Source: Pseudomonadota bacterium (GTDB taxonomy: Bacteria; Pseudomonadota; Gammaproteobacteria; Xanthomonadales; Xanthomonadaceae). Taken from it: DNA of 64,000 bases. Numbering within the stretch: the first letter of the stretch is position 1; each line of letters begins with the position of its first letter. The position numbers were made by a program, and so were the translations under genes. Below are positions 1 to 8,922 of this stretch, piece by piece. The stretch covers positions 518 to 64,517 of the forward strand of contig JBMOOY010000056.1 in the NCBI GenBank assembly GCA_049324395.1, written 5' to 3'. Below the pieces are notes generated by a model, which did no database searches, had not been told where the DNA came from, and was given only the letters and a program-made list of their open reading frames with translations.

Positions 1-1
1 C

Positions 2-1222
2 GCGCCCTGGATCGACGGCACGATCGTCTACGTCACCAAGCCGTTCGGACAGATCTTCCTCAACCTGCTGTTCATGATGGTGGTGCCGCTGATGTTCTCG
101 GCGCTGGTGCTGGGCGTGGCCGAACTCGGCGACATCGCCAGCCTCGGCCGGCTCGGATGGAAGACGCTGCTCTACACCGCCACCGTCACCGGCGCCGCGG
201 TCGGCATCGGTCTGGTGATGGTCAACCTGCTGCAACCCGGCACCCATCTCGAGCCCGGCCTGATCGAGCAGGCGATGAACAGCAATCTCGCCAAGGCCGG
301 CGAGATCGTGAACAAGGGCAGCGAACTGAAGTTCATGGACCTGCTGGTCAACATCGTCCCGAAGAACATCGTCGGCGCGATGGGCGACGACAGCAAGAAG
401 CTCGGCATCGTGTTCTTCGCGCTGATGATCGGCATCGGCCTGGTGATGAAGCCGACCCCGGGCACGCAGGCGTTCAAGAACGCGCTGCACGGCCTGTTCG
501 AGATCTGCATGCATCTGATCGGCATGTTCATCAAGCTCGCGCCGTACGCCGTCGCCTGTTTCATGTTCACGCTCTGCGCGCAACTCGGCCTCGACGTGCT
601 GATGAGCCTGGCCTGGTTCGTGGTCACGGTACTGTTGGCGCTGGCGATCCACGGTTTCGTCGTGCTGCCGCTGTGGGTGCGGTTCATGGGCGGCATGTCG
701 CCGCGCGCGTTCTTCCGCGGCAGCCAGGAAGCGCTGCTGACCGCGTTCGCCACCGCTTCGTCGACCGCGACCCTGCCGGTGACCCTGCGCGTGGCCGAGG
801 AGAACCTCAAACTGCCGCGCAAGGTCTCGCGTTTCGTGCTGACGGTCGGCGCCTCCGCGAACCATCACGGCACCGCGCTGTTCGAAGGCATCACCGTGCT
901 GTTCCTCGCCCAGGTCTACGGCATCGAGATGGGCGTCGGACAGCAGTTGCTGGTGCTGGCGCTGTGCATCCTCGGCGGCATCGGCACCGCCGGCATTCCG
1001 TCCGGTTCGCTGCCGGTGATCGCGATGATCTGCACCATCATCGGCATCAAGCCCGAAGGCATCGGCATCATCCTCGGCGTCAATACCTTCCTCGATATGT
1101 GCCGCACGTCACTGAACGTCGGCGGCGATCTCGCGACCGCGGTCGTGGTCGCGCATCGCAGCGGAGAGCAGGAGGTGCAAGACGCCGCGCTTCCGGAGAA
1201 TCTGGACGACATCGTGCGCTGA
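2..1222 (+). CDS. Dicarboxylate/amino acid:cation symporter (DAACS, GltP/GltT-like), 5' end outside the window
   Basis: Frame is open from base 2 (APWIDGTIVYVTKPFGQIFLNLLFMMVVPL). Contains AFATASSTATLP, the ANHHGTALF variant of the NMDGT motif, and LDMCRTSLNVGGD. Confidence 0.93.
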   Translation, partial: APWIDGTIVYVTKPFGQIFLNLLFMMVVPLMFSALVLGVAELGDIASLGRLGWKTLLYTATVTGAAVGIGLVMVNLLQPGTHLEPGLIEQAMNSNLAKAGEIVNKGSELKFMDLLVNIVPKNIVGAMGDDSKKLGIVFFALMIGIGLVMKPTPGTQAFKNALHGLFEICMHLIGMFIKLAPYAVACFMFTLCAQLGLDVLMSLAWFVVTVLLALAIHGFVVLPLWVRFMGGMSPRAFFRGSQEALLTAFATASSTATLPVTLRVAEENLKLPRKVSRFVLTVGASANHHGTALFEGITVLFLAQVYGIEMGVGQQLLVLALCILGGIGTAGIPSGSLPVIAMICTIIGIKPEGIGIILGVNTFLDMCRTSLNVGGDLATAVVVAHRSGEQEVQDAALPENLDDIVR

Positions 1223-1308
1223 AACGCGCTTGTGGGGGCGTTCTGGCGCTGGCAGAATCCGGCCGAGAGCGCCCGTTCGGGCGCGGTGCGCGCACAAGGA
1301 GATCCGCC

Positions 1309-1743
1309 ATGCTGAAACTGTTCGGAACGACCCTGCTCCTGATCGCCGCAGGCGCCGCCGCGGCGGGCGAAAAGAAGCCCTGCGAAACCAACTACACGCA
1401 GGAAGGCAAGTTCATGACCGGCCGTCGCTTCAGCACCTGGGACGTGGTCCCGGGCGTGTCGCTGGCCACCGCATTCAAGCGGATCTCCAGCGAGGGCACG
1501 AAGTCCGGCCTGCAGATCGCCTCCAGCGACCAGAAGACCGGCACCATCTCCTTCATGCAACAGAACGGCGGCCAGATCCTCGGCGGCGGCAGCGTGAACC
1601 TGCCCTGGAACGTCGCGATCGAAGCGCAGGGCAAGGACGTCAAGATCACGGTCACCAAGACCACCCCGGGCGGTTACAACACCAGCGCCGACTTCCAGAA
1701 GGAGTCGATGTGCGCGGTGATCGACGCGGCGCGCAATCCCTGA
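1309..1743 (+). CDS. Secreted/periplasmic hypothetical protein (144 aa)
   Basis: RBS AAGGAG precedes ATG 1309. Signal-peptide-like MLKLFGTTLLLIAAGAAAA, two Cys, GC3-rich codons. Confidence 0.8.
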   Translation: MLKLFGTTLLLIAAGAAAAGEKKPCETNYTQEGKFMTGRRFSTWDVVPGVSLATAFKRISSEGTKSGLQIASSDQKTGTISFMQQNGGQILGGGSVNLPWNVAIEAQGKDVKITVTKTTPGGYNTSADFQKESMCAVIDAARNP

Positions 1744-1753
1744 ATCGCGAGTC

Positions 1754-1823
1754 GCATGCGCCGAACGGCATGCGGTGAACAGCATGCGGTGAACAGCATG
1801 CGGTGAACAGCATGCAGTGAACA
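1754..1823. repeat. 14-bp tandem repeat, consensus GCATGCGGTGAACA, 5 units (a degenerate sixth follows)
   Basis: Units start at 1754 (GCATGCGCCGAACG), 1768, 1782, 1796 (three identical) and 1810 (GCATGCAGTGAACA). No spacers. Confidence 0.95.
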
Positions 1824-1844
1824 GCCTCCGGTAAATCGCAAGTC

Positions 1845-1902
1845 GTCGCGATGCCGGCGTTCGCGCCGGGATCGCGACAGCGAAGCGCCGCGCTTCGGCG
1901 CG
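1845..1902 (+). other. Two adjacent stem-loops with TTCG loops upstream of the effector gene
   Basis: GTCGCGAT-G-CCGGCG-TTCG-CGCCGG-G-ATCGCGAC (1845-1878) and CGCGC-TTCG-GCGCG (1889-1902). Confidence 0.55.
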
Positions 1903-1957
1903 ACCCGAGCGTGGACGTCGCGGCCTGCCGTCTGCGCGATCCACAAGGAGAGGGAAA

Positions 1958-3220
1958 ATGCCAACGCCCGAAGAGATGCTGGACGACATGACGCGCGACT
2001 TCATCCAGGAAGTCAACGTGATACGGCGCCAGAAAAAACAGCCGGTTCTGTCGGACCGGGCCCAGGGCGTCCTGCAGGATCTGTTGCAGCAGCCCGGCGG
2101 CGCGCGCGAACACCTGCTGCCGGCGATCGAAAGCGGCAACCTGCAGATGTTGATGACGTCCGTCGGCGCCGGACAGGGGATGTACGCTCCGGGCGTCAGG
2201 GCGCTCGGCGTCAATCCGGACTCCCTCGAGCAGGCCGGCGCCGATCCCGCGATCGCGTACAACCTCAATTTCACGCTGGCCCACGAAAGTCGCCATGCGC
2301 GCGATCGCAACGAGATCGTGGACATGACCGAGACGATGCTCGACGCGGTCATCGCCAAGGCCGAGTCCCCGGATCTGCCGCACGACTACACCCAGATCGC
2401 CCGCGACTATCTGCAACGCGATCGCGTGCTCGAGCAGCGGGCGGAACTCGCGGGACTCAATGCCCATGTGAGCAGGGTGCTCGCGGAGGTCGGCCCGGAT
2501 GCGACCTTGCGCGATGTCTACCAGCGATCGCCGAAGGACATGGCGGCGTACGTCGACGTGACGCCCGGCGAAGGCATGGGCGCGCCCGATACGTACGCCT
2601 ACAAGCCCGGATTCGTGGTCGCGCCGAACGGCTTGCATGTCGACGCGACGCATGCGAACTCGCTGGATGCGATGGGCAGATATTTCTACGACGAGCAGAA
2701 TTACGACTGGCGCCAGGGGCTGAGAGCGGTGCTGGACGCGGTCAATACCGCCGAGTCGGGGCACTCGGCGGTACGCGATCCGCGCTCGCCGCCGCAGATC
2801 GACTTCGCCGCGCTGCAGGTCGGGCCGCCGCCGGATGGGTTGATCAGGAACAGCCTGCAGCAGGTAGTGGACAGCAGCCTGCCGCCGCCCAACGATCACC
2901 GCAACCCGGATCACGCGTACTTCGCATTCCTGCAGGCGCGATTGCCCGGCGCGAGCGACGAGACGGTCGCCTACGCCATGATGGAAGCCAAGCGCGGCGG
3001 TTTGAACGATGCCTCGCGCGTCGTCGCGGATCAGGTCGGTCAGGCGCATGACGGGACGATCTGGATCGGCGGGACCCGTGGGGAGCGCATCGAGGTCGAC
3101 CCCGCCCGGGCGACCCCGATGATCAAGACGACGCAGGCGCTGGACACGCACGCTTTCGAGGAGTCGCAGCGCCAACTGCATGCGCCGCCCAAGCAGTCTG
3201 GCGGCTGCGTCATCCTCTAG
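1958..3220 (+). CDS. Putative T4SS effector: HExxH metallopeptidase-like domain, XVIPCD-like C-terminal domain, terminal CaaX (CVIL)
   Basis: LAHESRH plus downstream EQRA. DHRNPDHAYF...EAKRGGL...IWIGG resembles the XVIPCD (DPRHPDHALY...AKxxGL). Ends KQSGGCVIL*. Strong RBS, no signal peptide. Confidence 0.72.
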   Translation: MPTPEEMLDDMTRDFIQEVNVIRRQKKQPVLSDRAQGVLQDLLQQPGGAREHLLPAIESGNLQMLMTSVGAGQGMYAPGVRALGVNPDSLEQAGADPAIAYNLNFTLAHESRHARDRNEIVDMTETMLDAVIAKAESPDLPHDYTQIARDYLQRDRVLEQRAELAGLNAHVSRVLAEVGPDATLRDVYQRSPKDMAAYVDVTPGEGMGAPDTYAYKPGFVVAPNGLHVDATHANSLDAMGRYFYDEQNYDWRQGLRAVLDAVNTAESGHSAVRDPRSPPQIDFAALQVGPPPDGLIRNSLQQVVDSSLPPPNDHRNPDHAYFAFLQARLPGASDETVAYAMMEAKRGGLNDASRVVADQVGQAHDGTIWIGGTRGERIEVDPARATPMIKTTQALDTHAFEESQRQLHAPPKQSGGCVIL

Positions 3221-3589
3221 CAGGCGATGCAGCAGATGAGACGGCCGCAGGCGTCGGCGGCGCCCCGACATCGTGCGCGACCATCGCGATAGTGCGCGCC
3301 GACCGGGCACCGGGGCATGCGGCGCCGCGATCGGCCCCGCATCCGGCTCACGCCAACCCGACACGGGCACGGGCGCCGCGCCCAGGACGCAGCGCATCTC
3401 CGCCAACGACCTGCAGCCCCGCGCTTCTTCGCCGACCCTGTCGTTCTTTTTGCGATCAGATCCTTGACCGCCGCGTTGTCCAACGCGGTTCCCCGTAGAT
3501 CGCATCAGGGTTGCGTCTAAGGACGTTTCGGTGGTGCGCTGCCGCTTCCGCCAGGGCTGTATGATTCCGATGGGCACAGGGGAGGCTCC

Positions 3590-6500
3590 ATGCGCAGGGA
3601 CGGCGTCGGGACGCAGGGGCGCGTCTTCGGTTGGGTGGTCGGATTGGCGGCGATGTGCGCGAGCGCGCTCGCGGCGCCGACGGCTGCGCGGGTGGAGGTG
3701 TCGTCCGGTCTCGCGCTCGATCCCGCGCCGGAGCCGCGTTTCGTGCGCTTCGGGGCGGAACAGGGGTTGCCTGCGCTCCTCAACGATATGGTGGTCGACC
3801 GGCGCGGCGATCTCTGGCTCGCGACAAGCGACGGGCTCGCGCGCTACGACGGCGACGGGTTCCGGTTCTGGCGTCGCACGATCGGTTCCGATGCGTCCCT
3901 GCAGCAAAACGACGTGATGGCGCTCGCCCTGGACGTCGACGACAGGTTGTGGGTCCTCAACTCGGGTGGGCTCGTGGTGCTCGACCGCGCGCGTCGCGGC
4001 ATCGCGCAGATCGTGTTCGACGGCGAACATGCGGTCTGCGGCCGCGAGATCGCCGCGATGGCGGCCGATCCGGAGGGCGGCGTGCGCATCGGCACCTATG
4101 ATGGCGCCGTGTGCGCGATCGGGCGCGATGGACGCATCCGTCGGCTCCTGCCTGCAGACGGCGGGGCGGGGCTCGGCGCCAGCGCGGTGGTGTTGCGGTC
4201 GCTGCCCGACGGACGCTGGCTGATCGCCACCGATGCGGGCCTGTGGCGTCTGCACGGGACGCGGCTGGAACCGGTCGCGCCGGAGCGCCTCGGCGACGCG
4301 TACGTGTTCGCGATCACCGACGACATCGACGGCGGCCTGTGGATCGGCACCGATCGCGGCCTGTTCGCGATGGCGCAGGACGGCACGATCCGTCCCGCAC
4401 CGTGGCGATTGCCCGAACTGGCGAACAACGCGGTCGTCCGTCGCGATCCGCAGGGGGGTTATTGGATCGGCACCGCCGCCGGACTGTTCCGCGCCGTTTC
4501 GCGCGACGCGCCCGCGTTGCCCGTGCATGGCCGTCGTCACGCCGATGGGCTGAGCAGCGGCGTCTTCGGCATGCTCATCGATCGCGAAGGCGGACTCTGG
4601 GCGGCCTCGTATTCGCAGGGACTGTCGTATCTGCCGCCGGGTCACGCGCGCTTCGCCAGCATCGACGAGATCGACGGCGTGCCGCTGGAGCGCATCGATC
4701 CGGCGGCGGCGATCGGCGACGGCGCGGGCGGTTTCTGGATCGTCGGCAGCCGCAGGCTCTACGCGCTGCCTGCGGGCGCATCGCGACCGCAGGCGGTCGT
4801 CGATGCGAGCGCGCTCGGCGTGGAATGGCTGCTCGCCGCGACCCGATGCGCCGATGGACGCCTGTGGCTGGCCAGCTTCGATCGCGCGTTCGGTTTCGAC
4901 CCGCGTTCGAAGCGCGTCGGACCGACGATCCGTTATCCCGACGACGGATCGCACACGCCGCACTCCCTGTGGTGCGATTCCGCGGGGCGATTGTGGGTCT
5001 CGCTCTACGGCGGCGCCCTGCGCGTGCACGACCGCGATGGCCGGACGCATCGCGCGCTCGCGGCCGAGGCCGTGCTCGGTGGTCCGGTCGCGGATTTCGC
5101 GCGACTCGACGCCGGCCCCGACGGCGTGCCGTGGACCAGAGACGTTCAAGGGTTGCGGCGATGGGACGGTCGTCGCTTCGTTCCGGTCGCGCTGCCCGGG
5201 GGCGAACGCGTGGACGCCTTTGCGTTCGTTGCGCCGCGAACGCTGTGGGTGGCGCGCTACGGCAGTCTCGAACGCTACGAATGGCGCGACGGGCGGGCGC
5301 GGCTGCGCGAACGCATCGACGGCGAAGCGCTGCCCCCGGTGCAGGTCGCCGGCATGCTCGCGTCGGCCGGGCAACTGTGGATGACCACGCCGCGCGGTCT
5401 GCTGCGTTTCGAACCTGCGTCCGGACGCGTGCGGATGTTCGGGGTGCGCGATGGTCTGCCCGACATCGACTTCGCGCTTGGGCCACCGGTGCAGAATGCG
5501 GTCGGGCCTGCGCTCGCCCTCTCCAAGCGCGGCATCGTCCTGTTCGATCCGGGCTTGTCGCTGCCGCCGCCGCGCGCGCCGGCGCTGTCGGTGGAAGCCA
5601 TCGACCTGCGACGCGGCGAAGACACGATCGCGTTCGAGGACGACGGTGCGGCCGTGACGATGCGCCCGGGCGACCGCGATCTGCGGGTGGCCGTGCGTGT
5701 GCGCTCGCTCGCCGATCCCGCCGCGCATCGTTACCGCTTCCGACTGCGCGGTTACGATCCGGACTGGGTCCGCCAGGGCGAGCGCGGCGAACGCGGCGAG
5801 CGCGTGTTCTCGTCGCTGCCGCCGGGTCGCTACGCGCTCGAGTTCCAGGGCGCGGACGCAGACGGCGTGTGGTCGTCGACGTACCGGATTCCGATCCTCG
5901 TCGAAGCGCCTTGGTGGCGACGCTGGTGGGCGCTGCTGCTCTATGCGACGCTCGCATCGGCGCTGGTGTGGTGGCTCGCCTATCTGGATCGCGTGCGCCT
6001 GCGCCGCAATCACAACTACCAGTTGATCAAGCAGAAGCGCGAACTCGCCGAACAGGCGTCGCTGGCGAAGAGCCGGTTCCTCGCCAACCTCGGCCACGAG
6101 ATCCGCACGCCGATGACCGGCGTCCTGGGCATGAGCGAACTGCTGCTGTCGACCCCGCTGGATGCGCGACAGCAGGATCGCATCCATGCGATCCGCCGCG
6201 CCGGCGAGCATCTGCTGCGATTGGTCAACGATGCCCTCGACCTCGCGCGCATCGAGGCCGGGCGCTTCGAACTCGACGAGGCCGATTTCGCGCTCGACGC
6301 CATCGTCGAGGATGTCGTCGGCCTGATGCGGCCGCTCGCGGAACGCAAGGGTCTGCGCTTCGTCGCGACCGTCGACGCCGATGTCCGTGGCGGTTGGCGC
6401 GGCGATCCCACCCGCGTGCGCCAGATCCTGCTGAATCTGCTCGGCAATGCGATCAAGTTCACCGAGCGCGGCGAGGTGTCGCTCGCGATCGCGTCGCTGG

Positions 6501-7159
6501 CGCCGCGCGGTCTGCGCTGCGTCGTCTGCGACACCGGGCCGGGTCTGGATGCCGAACAGCAGCGTCGACTGTTCCGCCGTTTCGAGCAGGCCGAAGGCGC
6601 GCGGACCGCCAGTCGTTACGGCGGCAGCGGGCTGGGGCTCGCGATCTGCCAGGAACTTGCGGTGGCGATGGGCGGCGGGATCGAGCTGTCGAGCGCGCCG
6701 GGCGAGGGCGCATGTTTCACCGTGCGTCTGCCGCTGGCGCCCTCGGCCGCGCCGATCGAGCTGCCGCCGGCCCCGTACCGCGAAGCCGCCGCGCGCGACG
6801 TGCTGCTGGTGGAGGACGACCCCATCGTCGCCGACGCCCTCACCGGCCTGCTGCAGACGCAGGGGCATCGCGTCGTGCACGCCGGCCATGCGCTCGCGGC
6901 GATGACCGCCCGCGCGACGCGGACTTTCGATCTGGCCTTCGTCGATCTCGATCTGCCCGGCATGGATGGTCTCTCGCTCGCCCGGCAACTGCGCGCGCAG
7001 GGCTTCGATCGGCCGTTGATCGCGATCACCGCCCGCGCCGACGCCGAGGCGGAGCCGCAGGCGATGGACGCGGGTTTCGATGCGTTCCTGAGAAAACCGC
7101 TGACCGGGACCCTGTTGGCGGAGGCGATGCTGCTCGGCGCCGGAGAAACGGCCCGGTGA
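3590..7159 (+). CDS. Hybrid sensor histidine kinase/response regulator with beta-propeller and Y_Y_Y sensor region
   Basis: Signal peptide, repeated GGLWIGT-type propeller repeats, YRFRLRGYD, TM segment, H-box GHEIRTPM, LLGNAIKFT, DTGPG, GSGLGL, C-terminal receiver (LLVEDD, FVDLDLP, KP). Confidence 0.93.
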   Translation: MRRDGVGTQGRVFGWVVGLAAMCASALAAPTAARVEVSSGLALDPAPEPRFVRFGAEQGLPALLNDMVVDRRGDLWLATSDGLARYDGDGFRFWRRTIGSDASLQQNDVMALALDVDDRLWVLNSGGLVVLDRARRGIAQIVFDGEHAVCGREIAAMAADPEGGVRIGTYDGAVCAIGRDGRIRRLLPADGGAGLGASAVVLRSLPDGRWLIATDAGLWRLHGTRLEPVAPERLGDAYVFAITDDIDGGLWIGTDRGLFAMAQDGTIRPAPWRLPELANNAVVRRDPQGGYWIGTAAGLFRAVSRDAPALPVHGRRHADGLSSGVFGMLIDREGGLWAASYSQGLSYLPPGHARFASIDEIDGVPLERIDPAAAIGDGAGGFWIVGSRRLYALPAGASRPQAVVDASALGVEWLLAATRCADGRLWLASFDRAFGFDPRSKRVGPTIRYPDDGSHTPHSLWCDSAGRLWVSLYGGALRVHDRDGRTHRALAAEAVLGGPVADFARLDAGPDGVPWTRDVQGLRRWDGRRFVPVALPGGERVDAFAFVAPRTLWVARYGSLERYEWRDGRARLRERIDGEALPPVQVAGMLASAGQLWMTTPRGLLRFEPASGRVRMFGVRDGLPDIDFALGPPVQNAVGPALALSKRGIVLFDPGLSLPPPRAPALSVEAIDLRRGEDTIAFEDDGAAVTMRPGDRDLRVAVRVRSLADPAAHRYRFRLRGYDPDWVRQGERGERGERVFSSLPPGRYALEFQGADADGVWSSTYRIPILVEAPWWRRWWALLLYATLASALVWWLAYLDRVRLRRNHNYQLIKQKRELAEQASLAKSRFLANLGHEIRTPMTGVLGMSELLLSTPLDARQQDRIHAIRRAGEHLLRLVNDALDLARIEAGRFELDEADFALDAIVEDVVGLMRPLAERKGLRFVATVDADVRGGWRGDPTRVRQILLNLLGNAIKFTERGEVSLAIASLAPRGLRCVVCDTGPGLDAEQQRRLFRRFEQAEGARTASRYGGSGLGLAICQELAVAMGGGIELSSAPGEGACFTVRLPLAPSAAPIELPPAPYREAAARDVLLVEDDPIVADALTGLLQTQGHRVVHAGHALAAMTARATRTFDLAFVDLDLPGMDGLSLARQLRAQGFDRPLIAITARADAEAEPQAMDAGFDAFLRKPLTGTLLAEAMLLGAGETAR

Positions 7160-7729
7160 TCGCGGACGTGCGAACCACGCATGGCCATCGACGTCGTCGA
7201 TTGGCGGTCGTCGGTGCGCGTTCAGTGCGGGCCGTGGCGATTGATGTCGTCGATGAAGGGGGCGTCGCTTTCGCGATCGAGGATCGGACGCGATTTCGCA
7301 TCGGATGATCGACGCCGTCGATCATGCGTCGTGCGCACGAGCGCATCGGTTCGCGCGCTTCGGTCGTGCGCCGCATCCGTCCCGAACGCGCATGATCGCG
7401 CGTCCTGCAAAATGCACGAATCCGCGTCGCGATCCTGTGACGCGCGATGCGCTCATCGCGTGCGTCTCGTAAGGCATCGCGTTTGATGCAGGGCCGCTTT
7501 CGCGCGGGATTCAAGAAGTGCGATGGTCGTCGACGAAGACGCATGCCGGGATCAACACCATTGCGGCCGAATCGACGGAGTCGTATCTCGTCCCCGATCG
7601 ATTCACGAAGGCTTCGATGGATCCTCCCGCCGATGGCGGTCGGGATCGGGCTTCTCTTCTCCGCGCGCGCAGCCGGGCGACAGCCCGGAGCGAACGGGAA
7701 TCGCCACACGACAATCAGGAATTCGTCAC

Positions 7730-7978
7730 ATGAACAGATTCAGGAATACCGGTTTCGCGATCGCCCTGCTCGGTCTCGCCATGACGTCGTCGACGGAAGT
7801 GCGCGCCGAAGCTTTGCCTACCCTCGAGTGCAACGAGAGCACCTACGGCGCTTTCCAGCGGACGTCGGAAGTCGCTCCGGAAGGCACCTATATCTATTTT
7901 TACGGTTGTACCGAATACGGATGGATGTTGTTCGGCACCGAGTTCTGCGACAACGAAGGCAACTGCTACAGCGATTGA
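7730..7978 (+). CDS. Small secreted Cys-rich protein (82 aa)
   Basis: AGGA RBS before ATG 7730. Signal peptide MNRFRNTGFAIALLGLAMTSSTEVRA. Mature part has 4 Cys and is acidic/aromatic. Confidence 0.8.
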   Translation: MNRFRNTGFAIALLGLAMTSSTEVRAEALPTLECNESTYGAFQRTSEVAPEGTYIYFYGCTEYGWMLFGTEFCDNEGNCYSD

Positions 7979-8232
7979 GACGGGGCGTCAACGCGCCCGA
8001 ACGAAATCGCGCAGTCGCGCATCGCGAAGTCCGTCCCGGGTTTTCCCGGGGCGCGACCGGTTCGGCGTCAGGTACGTGTCGAAACCGGTCGATGCCGATG
8101 TTGGACCTTGCCCGCGCCACTGGCGCGTAGGCGTCGATGCGGAGCCGTAGGCGATCGCGCGCCATGCCGAAGCGGTGTCGTAGGACGGAACCGCCGAAGG
8201 CGATTCCTTCGTCGCGGGCCCGTCGTGGAGAC

Positions 8233-8862
8233 TCAGTCCGTTTCGAGGCCGATATTCGCCGCCGCCGCAGGACCGGGCCGGTAAACCCGTTCGCGCGGCA
8301 GCGCCAGCGATGCGCAATCGCCATGGACATGAGGATGTTGTTCGCGCACGAGCGGGGTGACGTCCTCGATGTCGAGCAGATCTTCCTCGCCGTAACGGCG
8401 CAGCATGCGGCCGCGCAGGCCCAGCTGGATCGCGCGGCGCGCCAGCGGGCGGCCGTGCGGGTCGTGGTCGGGATCCCATTGCAGGCGTACGTCGGAGTGC
8501 GCCACGGCGTGCTGCCACTGATCGTGCGTGGCGTAGCGCGACGCGTCGAACGACGACGGCACCGCGGTGCGCAGCAGTTCGTCGAAGAAATCGCGGCGCA
8601 GCCGCACGGCGAGGATGCGTTCCTGACCTTCCTTCGTCGCCCAGCCGGCGCGATACATCATCCAGAGGAAGTTCGGCTTGATCCAGCTCATGCGGTTGTA
8701 GCTGAACTCGCCGCCGAAACGTTGGTGCTCGACCGCGTATTCGGCGATGGCCGGGCGGTAGGCCTGGTAGACGATGATGCTGGTGTCGTCGTACTGGGCG
8801 AGAATGTGGCGGCCGGAGTGCGGCCAGTGAGCCTGCTGTTGTGCGTACTTTTCGATTGTCAC
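8233..8862 (-). CDS. DUF4291 family protein
   Basis: ILAQYDDTSIIVYQAY, RMSWIKPNFLWMMYRAGW, VRLQWDPDHD, RRAIQLGL. Confidence 0.88.
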   Translation of the reverse strand: MTIEKYAQQQAHWPHSGRHILAQYDDTSIIVYQAYRPAIAEYAVEHQRFGGEFSYNRMSWIKPNFLWMMYRAGWATKEGQERILAVRLRRDFFDELLRTAVPSSFDASRYATHDQWQHAVAHSDVRLQWDPDHDPHGRPLARRAIQLGLRGRMLRRYGEEDLLDIEDVTPLVREQHPHVHGDCASLALPRERVYRPGPAAAANIGLETD

Positions 8863-8922
8863 ATCGGCAGTATAGCCTGCCGATGCGTCCGACTTCGCTT
8901 CGCGACGCGTGGCGCGGCGCGT

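Noticed and set aside
1754-1823. Possible CRISPR array
   Set aside because: 14-bp units are contiguous with no spacers, and no cas genes are present.
1652-6988. 1778-aa minus-strand ORF and other long antisense or alternate-frame ORFs (22076-26242, 38159-41590, 17099-20170 extension, 31661-34429, 58485-60890 extension)
   Set aside because: Shadow frames of real genes in high-GC DNA: Arg/Ala/Pro-rich, no motifs, and fully overlapping recognisable genes.
7160-7729. Small ORFs or a structured RNA in the 570-bp gap
   Set aside because: The ORFs lack RBS and coding character. The short palindromes (for example ATGATCGAC-GCC-GTCGATCAT) are unremarkable at this GC content and match no RNA family I recognise.
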